A stretch of 64,000 nt of DNA, taken from contig JBJBDC010000001.1 in NCBI GenBank assembly GCA_047285535.1, forward strand, positions 1,792,136 to 1,856,135, given 5' to 3'. Positions 40,451 to 49,973 of this stretch are shown here, piece by piece. The notes beneath the pieces are model-generated. The model was not told the DNA's origin and ran no database searches. It was given only the letters and a program-made list of their open reading frames with translations. Each line of letters begins with the position of its first letter. Within the stretch, counting starts at the first letter, position 1. The stretch comes from Synechococcus sp. GTDB lineage: Bacteria > Cyanobacteriota > Cyanobacteriia > PCC-6307 > Cyanobiaceae. The translations under genes were made by a program, and so were the position numbers.

Positions 40451-42836
40451 TTCGGTGCCTCCAACTCAGCGACTTGCAAGCTGGTTCATCACCAAGCCTA
40501 CTGCTCATGAAACGATTCAGCACAGAAAAAGACTTGTTAAAGGGTCTTTAAAAGGCGCATGGGGTGAAATCTATGAGAATGATCTCCTCTATCAGAATGG
40601 AGAGATCGACTTCACCCACCCTGATCTGCCAGCATGGATCACACACGCGGATCGCATCGCTTCTTCTCCTCCACTTAGCTTTGCAAGGGATTTAGGAACA
40701 ACACCAAAGTCGCGAGAATTATTCTTTTTTCTATCACCAATCACCAACTATGGATACAACCTACTAACAGAGCATCTGTCATCTATTGAGATAGAAGTTT
40801 CAGACATCGCCATTCAAGGAATGATAGCAGGACTTGGGCACAGAATCATGCAGACATGCGTTGATATTGCTGATATCGAAATCAGTGCATGGTTTAATCT
40901 TGCCAAGTCACTCGGAGATCAAAAAAATCCACAAATCACTATCGATTCATCCACCTATCCGGATCTTTATGAACGCTATCCTGCCTTAGCATTCATTATC
41001 GGCCATGGCATTGGCCAATGGTTCGAAGCCGTCAAAGAGATGACAAGTCGCCTAGCCGAGGACCTTCCTCGACTGCAAGAGTTTTTATTTAATAGCCATC
41101 GCATCCACCGCCTCGAAGATGTCTCGATGGATACGGGAGACATTCACGATGATGGTCGATCTGTAGCCCTACTGACATTCAATAACGAGCAGAAAGTGGC
41201 CTACAAGCCCAAAGACCTCAGGATTGCCAAAGAAGTTCAGGACCTGTTTGACATTATCAACAATAAAATTGGCAAGAAGATTCTGCACGTTCGCACAATC
41301 ATTGTTGGGCAGGGATATGCATGGGAAGAATTCATACCCCATTCTGAGTGCAATTCATCCCTTGATATTTCCCTTTATTATCAAAGATATGGGGCCATGG
41401 TCAGAATTTATGAACTTCTACAAGCTCGCGATCTCTGGCTGGACAATGTCATTGCCCATGGAGCCTGGCCCGTAGTCATTGACCTCGAAATGGTTATGCA
41501 ACCCTGGATGGCTCCAAGCGAGGCAAAAAATGCCTGCGAGTTTCATGCGCAGGAGCTCATCGAGCAAACAGCGCTTCCGATCGGCTTGATCTCGATGATG
41601 TTCCCGATAGATGCTGATGAACCCCTTGAAGACATGGGTGGTTTAACACCACACCGGCCGTTTCGTACGCCATTCCGAATGCCTTCAATAATCGAAGTGG
41701 AAGGTAAAAGCAACAGTCGCGTGTATTTAAATAATGACATTTACACTCCACGACTTGGCACTTCCATCGTTAACTCACAGGCCTGGCTTGACGATGTCCA
41801 AAAGGGTTACAACGAGATGGATCAACTCATTGAAGATACTGTTCAGCCAGATATTCGACAATGGCTAGATCAACTTAATCCTTCATTTCCTGTACGTGCC
41901 ATTTACAGAGATACGTGGACATATCAGCAGATCCTGAATAGCTCCTGTGCAGGAAAATATTTACGATCTGTGTTCCATCGCGAAGCCTACCTAGCAAAAT
42001 TGCCCACCAGCCTTCAATTTCTTTATCCATCGCATTCTGCTCAATCACGAATTGTCTTTTCTGAAATTGAACAACTACGACAACTGGACATTCCTTATTT
42101 TATTTCCGAACTAAATGACGGAGAGCTCCGCGAAAGTACAGGTAAGAGTTTGGGCACAATTTTTCATGGCAGCCCTCTCGCGAGCATGAAACAGCGCTGT
42201 TATTTCCCTGCAGAGAAAGACTTCAGACGAGATTGTCTGGCAGGTGCTTTAGAAACAGGCCATGGAAGCCAGGGCACCGAAACGCGCATTGTTCTTGCCT
42301 TAAGTGCCTCAACCCTGGAAACAATTCACGAGATCAGCCATCTGCTGCTGTCTTGGTCCATCAATCTTGAAGGTGATTATGCCTGGATCACTTACACCGC
42401 ACATCCAGCAACCAAAACCGTTGTGCTCCAATCCATTCGCCCCACCTATCCGGGCATGCTGAAGGCGGCAATTGCACTCCGCAAAGCACAGCTATGCACA
42501 GGACTTTCTTCACTGACACCCGCGATCCAATCCCTCAGACGCCAGGTAGACGTCTGCCGCAATCAAATCATCGAATCGATAGCCGCCTCCTGCAGCCAAC
42601 CTTGGCATCATTCGGAGGAGGATGGATTACCAGGGATTGAAAGAGGGAAGGCTCATTTGGATGAACTACTGATGATGGGGGCACCATCCCCTACTACCAA
42701 ATCCGGCCCTATAGCTGTTCAGCTGCTTTCGACAACCCGTATTCCTCCAAGGCTATGGCTACTTGGAGAGCATGGCGTCTTTGCTCTACTTGATTCACTG
42801 TGCAGTCAGCACCTCGCGCATCAGGATGCTGGTTAG
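40431..42836 (+). CDS. LanM-like (DUF4135) dehydratase-domain protein with a degenerate C-terminal domain
   Basis: GDIHDDGRSV, YKPKDL, YAWEEFI, DLWLDNVIAHG.WPVVIDLE, RAIYRDTWTY and DIPYF motifs; no LanC WCxG or CHG motifs. Confidence 0.85.
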   Translation: MLKQLHDSVPPTQRLASWFITKPTAHETIQHRKRLVKGSLKGAWGEIYENDLLYQNGEIDFTHPDLPAWITHADRIASSPPLSFARDLGTTPKSRELFFFLSPITNYGYNLLTEHLSSIEIEVSDIAIQGMIAGLGHRIMQTCVDIADIEISAWFNLAKSLGDQKNPQITIDSSTYPDLYERYPALAFIIGHGIGQWFEAVKEMTSRLAEDLPRLQEFLFNSHRIHRLEDVSMDTGDIHDDGRSVALLTFNNEQKVAYKPKDLRIAKEVQDLFDIINNKIGKKILHVRTIIVGQGYAWEEFIPHSECNSSLDISLYYQRYGAMVRIYELLQARDLWLDNVIAHGAWPVVIDLEMVMQPWMAPSEAKNACEFHAQELIEQTALPIGLISMMFPIDADEPLEDMGGLTPHRPFRTPFRMPSIIEVEGKSNSRVYLNNDIYTPRLGTSIVNSQAWLDDVQKGYNEMDQLIEDTVQPDIRQWLDQLNPSFPVRAIYRDTWTYQQILNSSCAGKYLRSVFHREAYLAKLPTSLQFLYPSHSAQSRIVFSEIEQLRQLDIPYFISELNDGELRESTGKSLGTIFHGSPLASMKQRCYFPAEKDFRRDCLAGALETGHGSQGTETRIVLALSASTLETIHEISHLLLSWSINLEGDYAWITYTAHPATKTVVLQSIRPTYPGMLKAAIALRKAQLCTGLSSLTPAIQSLRRQVDVCRNQIIESIAASCSQPWHHSEEDGLPGIERGKAHLDELLMMGAPSPTTKSGPIAVQLLSTTRIPPRLWLLGEHGVFALLDSLCSQHLAHQDAG

Positions 42837-42914
42837 CTCGCATTAAGTCCTGACCAGCTGCGCTCCTGGCGAGGACCATCGCCGAAACCTGCCAGGCGAG
42901 GGCGATCAAAAGAA

Positions 42915-44567
42915 CTATCCAGACCCGTTTGCTCCATCAAGCAAAAGACAGGAATTGGACTTGCCAGAGCTGGAAGTCGGGCCTTGAGCTTTGCCGACAA
43001 GCCGACGCAGCACCACAGCTCCTCCATCGCAATACACCTGCTCGTAACGGCCCTCCTCAATGAGAGCGTCCAATTCACGCAAGATGCTCCGTTGCTGTTC
43101 GGTTTCGCGTTTAAATAATGGAACAAGGGGTGTGTAGTAGCCAGGAAACGCTGCAACCCATTCCACCTCTTGAATTTGCCCCTCTCGATCGACATAACGC
43201 ACACCATTGGGAAAGCGAATCGCCACCTCACGGGTAGCCAGCGAAGGGAGCAATGACGTATCGGCACTAACCGAGGCTGACGGAGGGATGAGCGCCAAGG
43301 CTTTACGAGCCTCTGAACGTCGCTGAACCATCGCCGAGGGAGGCACATGCACCCATGGAACAAAGCTATCGGGCACCAGTGCCGACAAGGTGCGATGTGG
43401 ATTTCCCAGAAAAGTAAGCACAAGTCCAATGGTCAAAGCGGCAGTCCAGCAGCGACGCAACCAGCGCCTATTCCAAATGGATTGGTTGGCCTGCCACCAC
43501 AGCATCGTCCCGATGTAGAGCCCTGGGATTAACGCAAGGACATAGCGCAAGGTCACCGCAAGTGCCGTTCGCCCTTGCGATAAAAGAGCGATCAGCAATG
43601 GTGCACTCACAATCAAGGCCGCATCGACCGAAAACAGCGGTACAAAAATCAACGGCAGAGTGAGTGCTAATAGAAATCCCAACGTGGCACCCGGTGGACT
43701 CACCAAGGCTTCTAAAAGTGCTGCAGGGTTTTGCAGCATTTGCACCAAAACGGACCAAGTCCCACCCGTGACGTCATCAACAAGGTGACCAAATTTTTCT
43801 TGAAGGAAGCGATCAGATAACGACGCATCTACAGAAGGTTGAATCACGCCAGTCACCACGAGCACCCAGGCGAACGACATCACCATCAACACAACACCGA
43901 TCAGCCGTGCGTCAGGGCGACGAACAGCGGCCCAAAGTCCAATGGAAAAAACCAGCAATCCACTGTCTTCTCTGACCAACAACAATGCAATCGATGCCGC
44001 AGCCACCTGACGCCAGCGACGATCGAGCAGGCCCCCAAGAATCAAGAATCCAAACAGAGGATACCAAATCAAGTCATGAAAATTTTCCAACATGGGACCG
44101 ATCACAGCCCCACTGAGGAAGTAACTCAACGTGAGACGCCAAGCCAATTCCTCAGGCAAACGAGGTTGGGCCAGTCGCCAAAAAATTAATCCTGCAGCAG
44201 TGAGAACTGTCACTTGCGCCAGAGGAAGTGCAATCGCTCCCAGAACAGCTACAGCAGGTGCCAGAAGCAGTGTCCAGACATTGGCATGTTGGCCCAGATG
44301 GAGATAAGTAACCTGCGGCAAGCCTCCATTCACAGCAACTGCTGAAGAGAGCACTGACGACAAACTGCTTTCGAATGGCCGACCTTGAGCGGTCGACCAC
44401 AATTCCTGTAGGAACAACGCCTGGTCATAGGTGGCACTAAAACTTTCCAGCCGCCAGAGCTGAAGCACAAAACCGCTGAGCCAAAAGCCAGCAGCCAGCC
44501 ATAAGACTGCTGGAGGCCAGTAGCGGGTGAGGCGGCTCAAGATCTTGAACGATGCCATCGGATCCAA
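42915..44567 (-). CDS. DUF2079-family membrane protein
   Basis: TYDQALFLQELWS, LGQHAN, NFHDL, VREDSG and LRY motifs; paralog of 21447-23138. Confidence 0.85.
   Translation of the reverse strand: MDPMASFKILSRLTRYWPPAVLWLAAGFWLSGFVLQLWRLESFSATYDQALFLQELWSTAQGRPFESSLSSVLSSAVAVNGGLPQVTYLHLGQHANVWTLLLAPAVAVLGAIALPLAQVTVLTAAGLIFWRLAQPRLPEELAWRLTLSYFLSGAVIGPMLENFHDLIWYPLFGFLILGGLLDRRWRQVAAASIALLLVREDSGLLVFSIGLWAAVRRPDARLIGVVLMVMSFAWVLVVTGVIQPSVDASLSDRFLQEKFGHLVDDVTGGTWSVLVQMLQNPAALLEALVSPPGATLGFLLALTLPLIFVPLFSVDAALIVSAPLLIALLSQGRTALAVTLRYVLALIPGLYIGTMLWWQANQSIWNRRWLRRCWTAALTIGLVLTFLGNPHRTLSALVPDSFVPWVHVPPSAMVQRRSEARKALALIPPSASVSADTSLLPSLATREVAIRFPNGVRYVDREGQIQEVEWVAAFPGYYTPLVPLFKRETEQQRSILRELDALIEEGRYEQVYCDGGAVVLRRLVGKAQGPTSSSGKSNSCLLLDGANGSG
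42917..43034. repeat. 118-bp direct repeat, right boundary of the RiPP island
   Basis: Matches 26227-26344. Confidence 0.92.
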
Positions 44568-44819
44568 GGGCTTGATCTGAATGGTTCCTATTAAAAAGCC
44601 TCACTCAGTGGGGATGAGGAAACTAACAATTCCGCTCGCCGAAACAACAATCAATAGTCACATGATTGCGGCTCAAACGAAGAGGAGCACAGCCAACTCC
44701 TGAGGCTGCCATCAACAGCAAAAACAAGATTTACAGCTCTCCTCGAGACAAATCCTCAAGAACCAGAAACAAGTTCCTCCAGGCAAACAATATAAAATCA
44801 ATCAAATAATTCTCAACAC

Positions 44820-46259
44820 TTACAGCGACGAATCTTTTCGACACAGGCGGACATAGTCATTAGGCTCAATACAGACCATCCTCTGTTTTTCCGCCTCCTC
44901 GATAATATTGTTCATTTTGAAACCGATCTCTGTATCCCCAACCTTCCTCAGACGACCGCGCACACTAATAAAGGCTGTATTACTCGGCAAAATAATCACG
45001 TCAAAAGGTCCATCTTGCGCATAGTCATCCTTTTCAATATAAGACAGATGCTCACGCCCCGCCAGATGAACAGCATAAGAAGATGTAGTCAGAACAGACT
45101 CCTGTGGATCAATATCAGACACAACAGACTGAAAGGCGATTGCCTCTGGCAAACGTGGGAGATATCGCGATTTAAAATAGATCAACCGTGAATAACCCAG
45201 GAAAGCAGCTAAAGACAAAACCAGCGTGATGACCAACACATTTTTCTGAACCTGTATAGCCTTGACAGAAATCAACGGCATGGAATCAAGGCAACCCGCA
45301 ACTAAAAAAGCCAGCACAGCGATCGAATAATGGTGATTAAGCTCACGCTGAATTCCCGAATTCGAGATAATATTTGTTAGATAAACAGGCGCCGCTCCGA
45401 GCAGACAAGCAAAAGCAGGCTTACGCAATAGAGCGAGGAAGGGAAGAGAAAGACCTAAGGTATAGAGAAAGATATCCGAAGGTGAAGCAACCTGAAACAC
45501 AATCCAAGGACTAGTCAGCAACGTCACCAGCATTTCCAGCTTTGTATCGCCCAAATAACCCAAACGGATGGCAACATGATCACCACCAGCTGAAGAGAGG
45601 TGGGTCGCCACGAACCACCAAATGAGCGAAATCGCTAAAGTGATTAAGCCTCTTAAATACTTACCCCTCGCAAACGCATAGAAGCCCAGGCCAAATCCAA
45701 AGAGCGCCTGAGCATTCTTAGCGAAGAGTGTCAGCATGAGGCAAATATAGTAGGGCCACTTTCGACTCTTAGTGGCCTCATAAATAGCAACAACCATCAA
45801 CGGAATCGTCAGAACATCTGGATGAAAATCACCTCGATTCACAAGAAAACTATATGGGCAAAGAACAATTGCACAGATCAACGCCCAAATAAGCCTTGAA
45901 TGAACCCGGCGCTCAACCGCCAAATAGGCAGCTACAGCTGGAAGCGAACCCAAAGCTATCGACTGCAATCCAATCAAGGAATATGTAGAAGGGAAAACCC
46001 TATAAATCAAACCCAAAGGGAGCAGCAGCAGTGAAAAATGATCCTCTAATGGAGCAACATCTCTCAAGCTACTAATGGTCGTAATTTTACCTTCACCAAT
46101 CAGCCAACTAAATTGCTCAAAAAGACCAATATCCCAAACCTGTGTTCCAAACAGATAATGCTGAGCTGCAGCAGTTGCAAAGAGAAGACTTGCATAGACG
46201 ATAGAAACAATCAGGGCCGCCCGCTTGAGCCCTCCAACATCATTAAGCTTCAGATTCAT
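44820..46259 (-). CDS. DUF2079-family membrane protein
   Basis: WDIGLFEQ, LEDHFS, GDFHPD and HHYS motifs; paralog of 24934-26355. Confidence 0.85.
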   Translation of the reverse strand: MNLKLNDVGGLKRAALIVSIVYASLLFATAAAQHYLFGTQVWDIGLFEQFSWLIGEGKITTISSLRDVAPLEDHFSLLLLPLGLIYRVFPSTYSLIGLQSIALGSLPAVAAYLAVERRVHSRLIWALICAIVLCPYSFLVNRGDFHPDVLTIPLMVVAIYEATKSRKWPYYICLMLTLFAKNAQALFGFGLGFYAFARGKYLRGLITLAISLIWWFVATHLSSAGGDHVAIRLGYLGDTKLEMLVTLLTSPWIVFQVASPSDIFLYTLGLSLPFLALLRKPAFACLLGAAPVYLTNIISNSGIQRELNHHYSIAVLAFLVAGCLDSMPLISVKAIQVQKNVLVITLVLSLAAFLGYSRLIYFKSRYLPRLPEAIAFQSVVSDIDPQESVLTTSSYAVHLAGREHLSYIEKDDYAQDGPFDVIILPSNTAFISVRGRLRKVGDTEIGFKMNNIIEEAEKQRMVCIEPNDYVRLCRKDSSL

Positions 46260-46535
46260 TTCGCCCCATACTGCTCATCACAAGATTCTTGTTCTGGAAA
46301 TCTAACCTGCATACAACTCATTAGCCAATCAAATTCACCATGCCTCACTGCAATCAAATCCAACCTTCCGCGGTCTAAGCTCAACACGCTCTCATAGACC
46401 TCGTATGTCAGGGTTAAACTCCCGATGCACCTACAAAGTGCCATCCTTCAAAGAAGGACTCATCAATACATTGACAACCAATAAAACACACTAGGGCCAA
46501 TATATTTACTGGTTACAAGCATCTCACAAGGCATT

Positions 46536-46557
46536 AAAAAACCCCCAAAGGGGGTTT
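46536..46557 (-). terminator. Intrinsic terminator of psbD
   Basis: AAACCCCC-TTT-GGGGGTTTTTT on the minus strand. Confidence 0.8.
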
Positions 46558-46577
46558 AACTTAGTGGCAATCAATGC

Positions 46578-47633
46578 TCAGAGAGCATTTCCACGGGGCA
46601 GAACCTCTTCAGGGAAGACGAAGTTTTCGTGCGGCTGGTCAGCCGGTGCCATCCAGGCACGCAGACCTTCATTCAGAAGAACATTCTTCGTGTAGAAGGT
46701 TTCAAATTCAGGATCCTCAGCAGCGCGAATTTCCTGTGATACGAAGTCGTAGGCACGCAAGTTGAACGCTAAGCCGATGATGCCGATGGAGCTGGTCCAC
46801 ATCCCCATCACTGGCACAAACAACATGAAGAAGTGCAGCCAACGCTTGTTGGAGAACGCAATTCCGAAGATTTGGCTCCAGAAACGGTTGGCGGTGACCA
46901 TCGAATAGGTCTCTTCTTCCTGGGTGGGTTCAAACGCCTTAAAGGTGTTCGACTGTTCACCATCCTCAAACAATGTGTTTTCCACCGTGGCGCCATGAAT
47001 GGCGCAAAGCAGTGCACCGCCAAGAATGCCGGCCACACCCATCATGTGAAATGGATTCAGGGTCCAGTTATGAAAGCCCTGGAGGAACAGCAGGAAGCGG
47101 AAAATTGCAGCCACACCAAAGGAGGGTGCAAAGAACCAGCTGCTCTGTCCCAGGGGATACATCAGGAAGACACTGACGAACACCGCAATCGGACCGGAGA
47201 AGGCGATTGCGTTGTAAGGACGAATACCGACCAGACGGGCAATCTCGAACTGACGCAGCATGAAGCCGATCAAGGCGAAGGCGCCGTGGAGTGCAACGAA
47301 CGACCAGAGGCCTCCAAGCTGACACCAGCGGACAAAATCACCCTGGGCTTCCGGGCCCCAGAGCAAGAGCAGACTGTGACCCATCGCATCAGCGGGGGAG
47401 GACACAGCAGCAGTCAAAAAGTTGCAACCCTCGAGATACGACGACGCAATGCCGTGGGTATACCAGGAAGTTACAAACGTGGTTCCCGTTAACCAGCCAC
47501 CAATCGAGAGGTAGGCCGTGGGGAAGAGAAGAATGCCGGACCAGCCGACAAAAACGAAACGGTCGCGTTTAAGCCAGTCATCGAGGACGTCGAACCATCC
47601 CCGCTGAGGCATGCGACCTGCAGCGATCGTCAT
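46578..47633 (-). CDS. psbD: Photosystem II D2 protein (stand-alone copy)
   Basis: [22 protein letters not shown]...[10 protein letters not shown]. Confidence 0.99.
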   Translation of the reverse strand: MTIAAGRMPQRGWFDVLDDWLKRDRFVFVGWSGILLFPTAYLSIGGWLTGTTFVTSWYTHGIASSYLEGCNFLTAAVSSPADAMGHSLLLLWGPEAQGDFVRWCQLGGLWSFVALHGAFALIGFMLRQFEIARLVGIRPYNAIAFSGPIAVFVSVFLMYPLGQSSWFFAPSFGVAAIFRFLLFLQGFHNWTLNPFHMMGVAGILGGALLCAIHGATVENTLFEDGEQSNTFKAFEPTQEEETYSMVTANRFWSQIFGIAFSNKRWLHFFMLFVPVMGMWTSSIGIIGLAFNLRAYDFVSQEIRAAEDPEFETFYTKNVLLNEGLRAWMAPADQPHENFVFPEEVLPRGNAL

Positions 47634-47790
47634 GAGAGAGCTTCATGAAGCTTTACCTTTGGGAGCCTAGTGGCTTGGACTCCGTTTGCAGGGGCAAGGC
47701 ACGCTCAAGGCCCATAGATAAGTAAAAATACTCAGACCTCCACTTCCAGCTTCGAGCGAGGAGAATGGAATCACAAACAATTTTGCAACT

Positions 47791-48054
47791 GTGTACGTCG
47801 TCGAATTAGCTCTGCGCATGAGCCCGATGCCCATCTCTGTTCAACGCAAGGAATCAGGTGATGCAGAAGCTGTTTATCAACAGGTTCGTCAAGCCCTAGA
47901 ACAGGGTCATCCACGATTGCTGGAGCTGACCTGCGAAAAAGTAGAAGGCAAGAGGCTGTGCGTTCTCACAAGTGACGTACTAGCTGTTCAGACCTACGAA
48001 AAAACCGCAGCATCCGGAGGGAGCAAGCGCCCAGGCTTTTCACTCGACAGCTGA
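47791..48054 (+). CDS. Conserved cyanobacterial hypothetical protein (UPF0367-like)
   Basis: [19 protein letters not shown]...LLELTCEK...RPGF. Confidence 0.75.
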   Translation: MYVVELALRMSPMPISVQRKESGDAEAVYQQVRQALEQGHPRLLELTCEKVEGKRLCVLTSDVLAVQTYEKTAASGGSKRPGFSLDS

Positions 48055-48059
48055 CACCT

Positions 48060-48740
48060 GTGAGAACCAACACCGGCGATCTGGTTCTGCAGTTTGAGTC
48101 GGTAAGTTTTTGCTGGCCCTGCGGAACTCGTGCCTTAAATCACTGCACCTTCAAGGTTCCAGGCCCTGGACTGTGGATGCTTGTGGGCAGTAATGGCAGT
48201 GGGAAAAGCACACTATTTCGAATGATTGGTGGTTTGATCCAACCTCAGTCGGGACGAGTTGCATGCACCGCCAAAACGGCATTGGTGTTTCAAAATCCTG
48301 ATCACCAATTACTACTTCCAAGCTGCGGAAGTGACCTGCTCCTTAATCTTCCTGCCCCACTGGAATCCTCAGTCAAACGAGAGCGCATTGGTCATCTACT
48401 GGAACAGGTCGGGCTCGCCGGTATGGCTGGTAGACAGATTCACACACTGAGTGGTGGCCAAAAACAACGGCTGGCCATTGCTGGCGCTCTAGCCAGCGAT
48501 GCGAAACTTCTTCTACTCGATGAACCGACAGCCTTGCTAGACCCAGCCAGCCAAAGTTCAGTCTTGGCAACGGTTCAACAGCTCTGCCACCGCTCATGCA
48601 ATCCGCTCACAGCTCTCTGGATCACGCATCGACTCGATGAACTGGACCACGCTGATGGTGCAGCCCTCATGGATGCAGGCAAGATTAGAGGGTGGGAAAA
48701 AGGGATTTCATTGCGTCGCAAGCTCAAAGCACTTGCTTAA
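48060..48740 (+). CDS. ABC/ECF transporter ATP-binding protein (CbiO-like)
   Basis: GSNGSGKST, VFQNPDHQ, LSGGQKQR and LDEPTALLD motifs. Confidence 0.9.
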   Translation: MRTNTGDLVLQFESVSFCWPCGTRALNHCTFKVPGPGLWMLVGSNGSGKSTLFRMIGGLIQPQSGRVACTAKTALVFQNPDHQLLLPSCGSDLLLNLPAPLESSVKRERIGHLLEQVGLAGMAGRQIHTLSGGQKQRLAIAGALASDAKLLLLDEPTALLDPASQSSVLATVQQLCHRSCNPLTALWITHRLDELDHADGAALMDAGKIRGWEKGISLRRKLKALA

Positions 48741-48784
48741 GTGCTTGACCGAGCAGTAATGTCTCCACGTTCCAGAAGTTCCAA

Positions 48785-48856
48785 TCCTCGGTAGCTCAGC
48801 GGTAGAGCGGTCGACTGTTAATCGATTGGTCGCAGGTTCGAATCCCGCCCGGGGAG
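48785..48856 (+). tRNA. tRNA-Asn (GTT)
   Basis: TCCTCGG/CCGGGGA acceptor stem, TAGCTCAGCGGTAGAGC D-arm, CTGTTAA anticodon loop, GGTTCGAATCC T-arm. Confidence 0.97.
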
Positions 48857-49155
48857 CTTTAAACGAACGTCATCACTCCAAGAGTGGTGATTTTTTTTTG
48901 GCTCCATGAGACTTTTTCCTCCAATGGAGAGAAAATGCTCACAGATCGCTGCGCAAATCAAAAGATTTCCTGTAAAGCCACGTCGGCCGATCTCGGGCCA
49001 ACTGCTTCGAATCGCAGTCATATAGGCATTTCCCAGAGACTATCCCCCATTCACGGCAAGAGTCTCAATTCTGCAGATCTTGGTTGATCTTGAGAGAATT
49101 GCTCCTTAATGACGCGGTACCACCTCGTCCATCTGTTCTCGTCGCCAGCATTTAG

Positions 49156-49956
49156 ATGAAACCTTCCATCCTGCTGATCGAAGACGACCGTGACATGAGC
49201 GAATTGGTTGGTGGTCACTTAGAGCACAGTGGATTTGATGTCCAGCGTGCTGATGACGGCATTAAGGGGCAGGCTCTTGCATTGCAATACTCCCCCGACC
49301 TCATTCTCCTCGACTTGATGCTTCCAAATGTTGATGGGCTCACGCTCTGTCAACGACTGCGCCGTGATGAGAGAACAGCATCCATTCCTATTTTGATGTT
49401 GACCGCCCTTGGTGGAACGAAAGACAAGGTCAGCGGGTTCAACTCTGGTGCAGACGATTACCTCACCAAACCGTTTGATCTCGAAGAATTGCAAGTGAGA
49501 GTTAAAGCACTTTTAAGACGGAGTGATAGAGCCCCTATCGGGTCGTCCGGCAACCATCACGAAATCCTCAGTTACGGACCCCTTACCTTGGTGCCCGAAC
49601 GTTTTGAAGCGATTTGGTTCGAGCAGCCTGTTCGACTCACCCATCTGGAGTTTGAGCTTCTTCATTGCTTGCTTCAACGCCACGGTCAGACCGTTGCTCC
49701 CTCACTCATCCTCAAGGAAGTATGGGGGTATGAACCTGACGATGACATCGAAACAATTCGCGTTCACGTCAGGCATCTACGAACGAAGTTAGAGCCAGAT
49801 CCACGCAAACCCCGGTTCATCAAAACGGTCTATGGCGCTGGATACTGCCTTGAGCTTCCAACTGGCTCACAACTCGAAGGACTTCAAGACGTACTCTCCC
49901 AGGCCCGTCAGGAGAGAGAACGACAAACTGAAATCTCCAATCGAGCGACTGCCTAA
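49156..49956 (+). CDS. rpaA: OmpR-family response regulator RpaA
   Basis: [25 protein letters not shown] and [15 protein letters not shown] motifs. Confidence 0.93.
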   Translation: MKPSILLIEDDRDMSELVGGHLEHSGFDVQRADDGIKGQALALQYSPDLILLDLMLPNVDGLTLCQRLRRDERTASIPILMLTALGGTKDKVSGFNSGADDYLTKPFDLEELQVRVKALLRRSDRAPIGSSGNHHEILSYGPLTLVPERFEAIWFEQPVRLTHLEFELLHCLLQRHGQTVAPSLILKEVWGYEPDDDIETIRVHVRHLRTKLEPDPRKPRFIKTVYGAGYCLELPTGSQLEGLQDVLSQARQERERQTEISNRATA

Positions 49957-49973
49957 TCCCAGGGCTCAAGGGC

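Larger units (their letters stand above)
26345..42916. mobile_element. Genomic island carrying the NHLP RiPP cluster (no integrase seen)
   Basis: Bounded by direct repeats; contains only RiPP and export genes; the modification half is visibly more AT-rich than the flanks. Confidence 0.7.

Noticed and set aside
34916..42836. Classifying the cluster as prochlorosin, cyanobactin or thiopeptide
   Set aside because: The leader is NHLP-type and the LanM-like protein lacks cyclase motifs. There are no PatA/PatG proteases, split LanB or pyridine synthase.
46833..47492. 219-aa ORF antisense to psbD
   Set aside because: Shadow ORF of a highly conserved gene with no independent features.
48785..48856. 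tRNA-Asn as the island integration site
   Set aside because: It is flanked by core genes, no duplicated tRNA 3' end or integrase was seen, and it lies about 6 kb from the island boundary.
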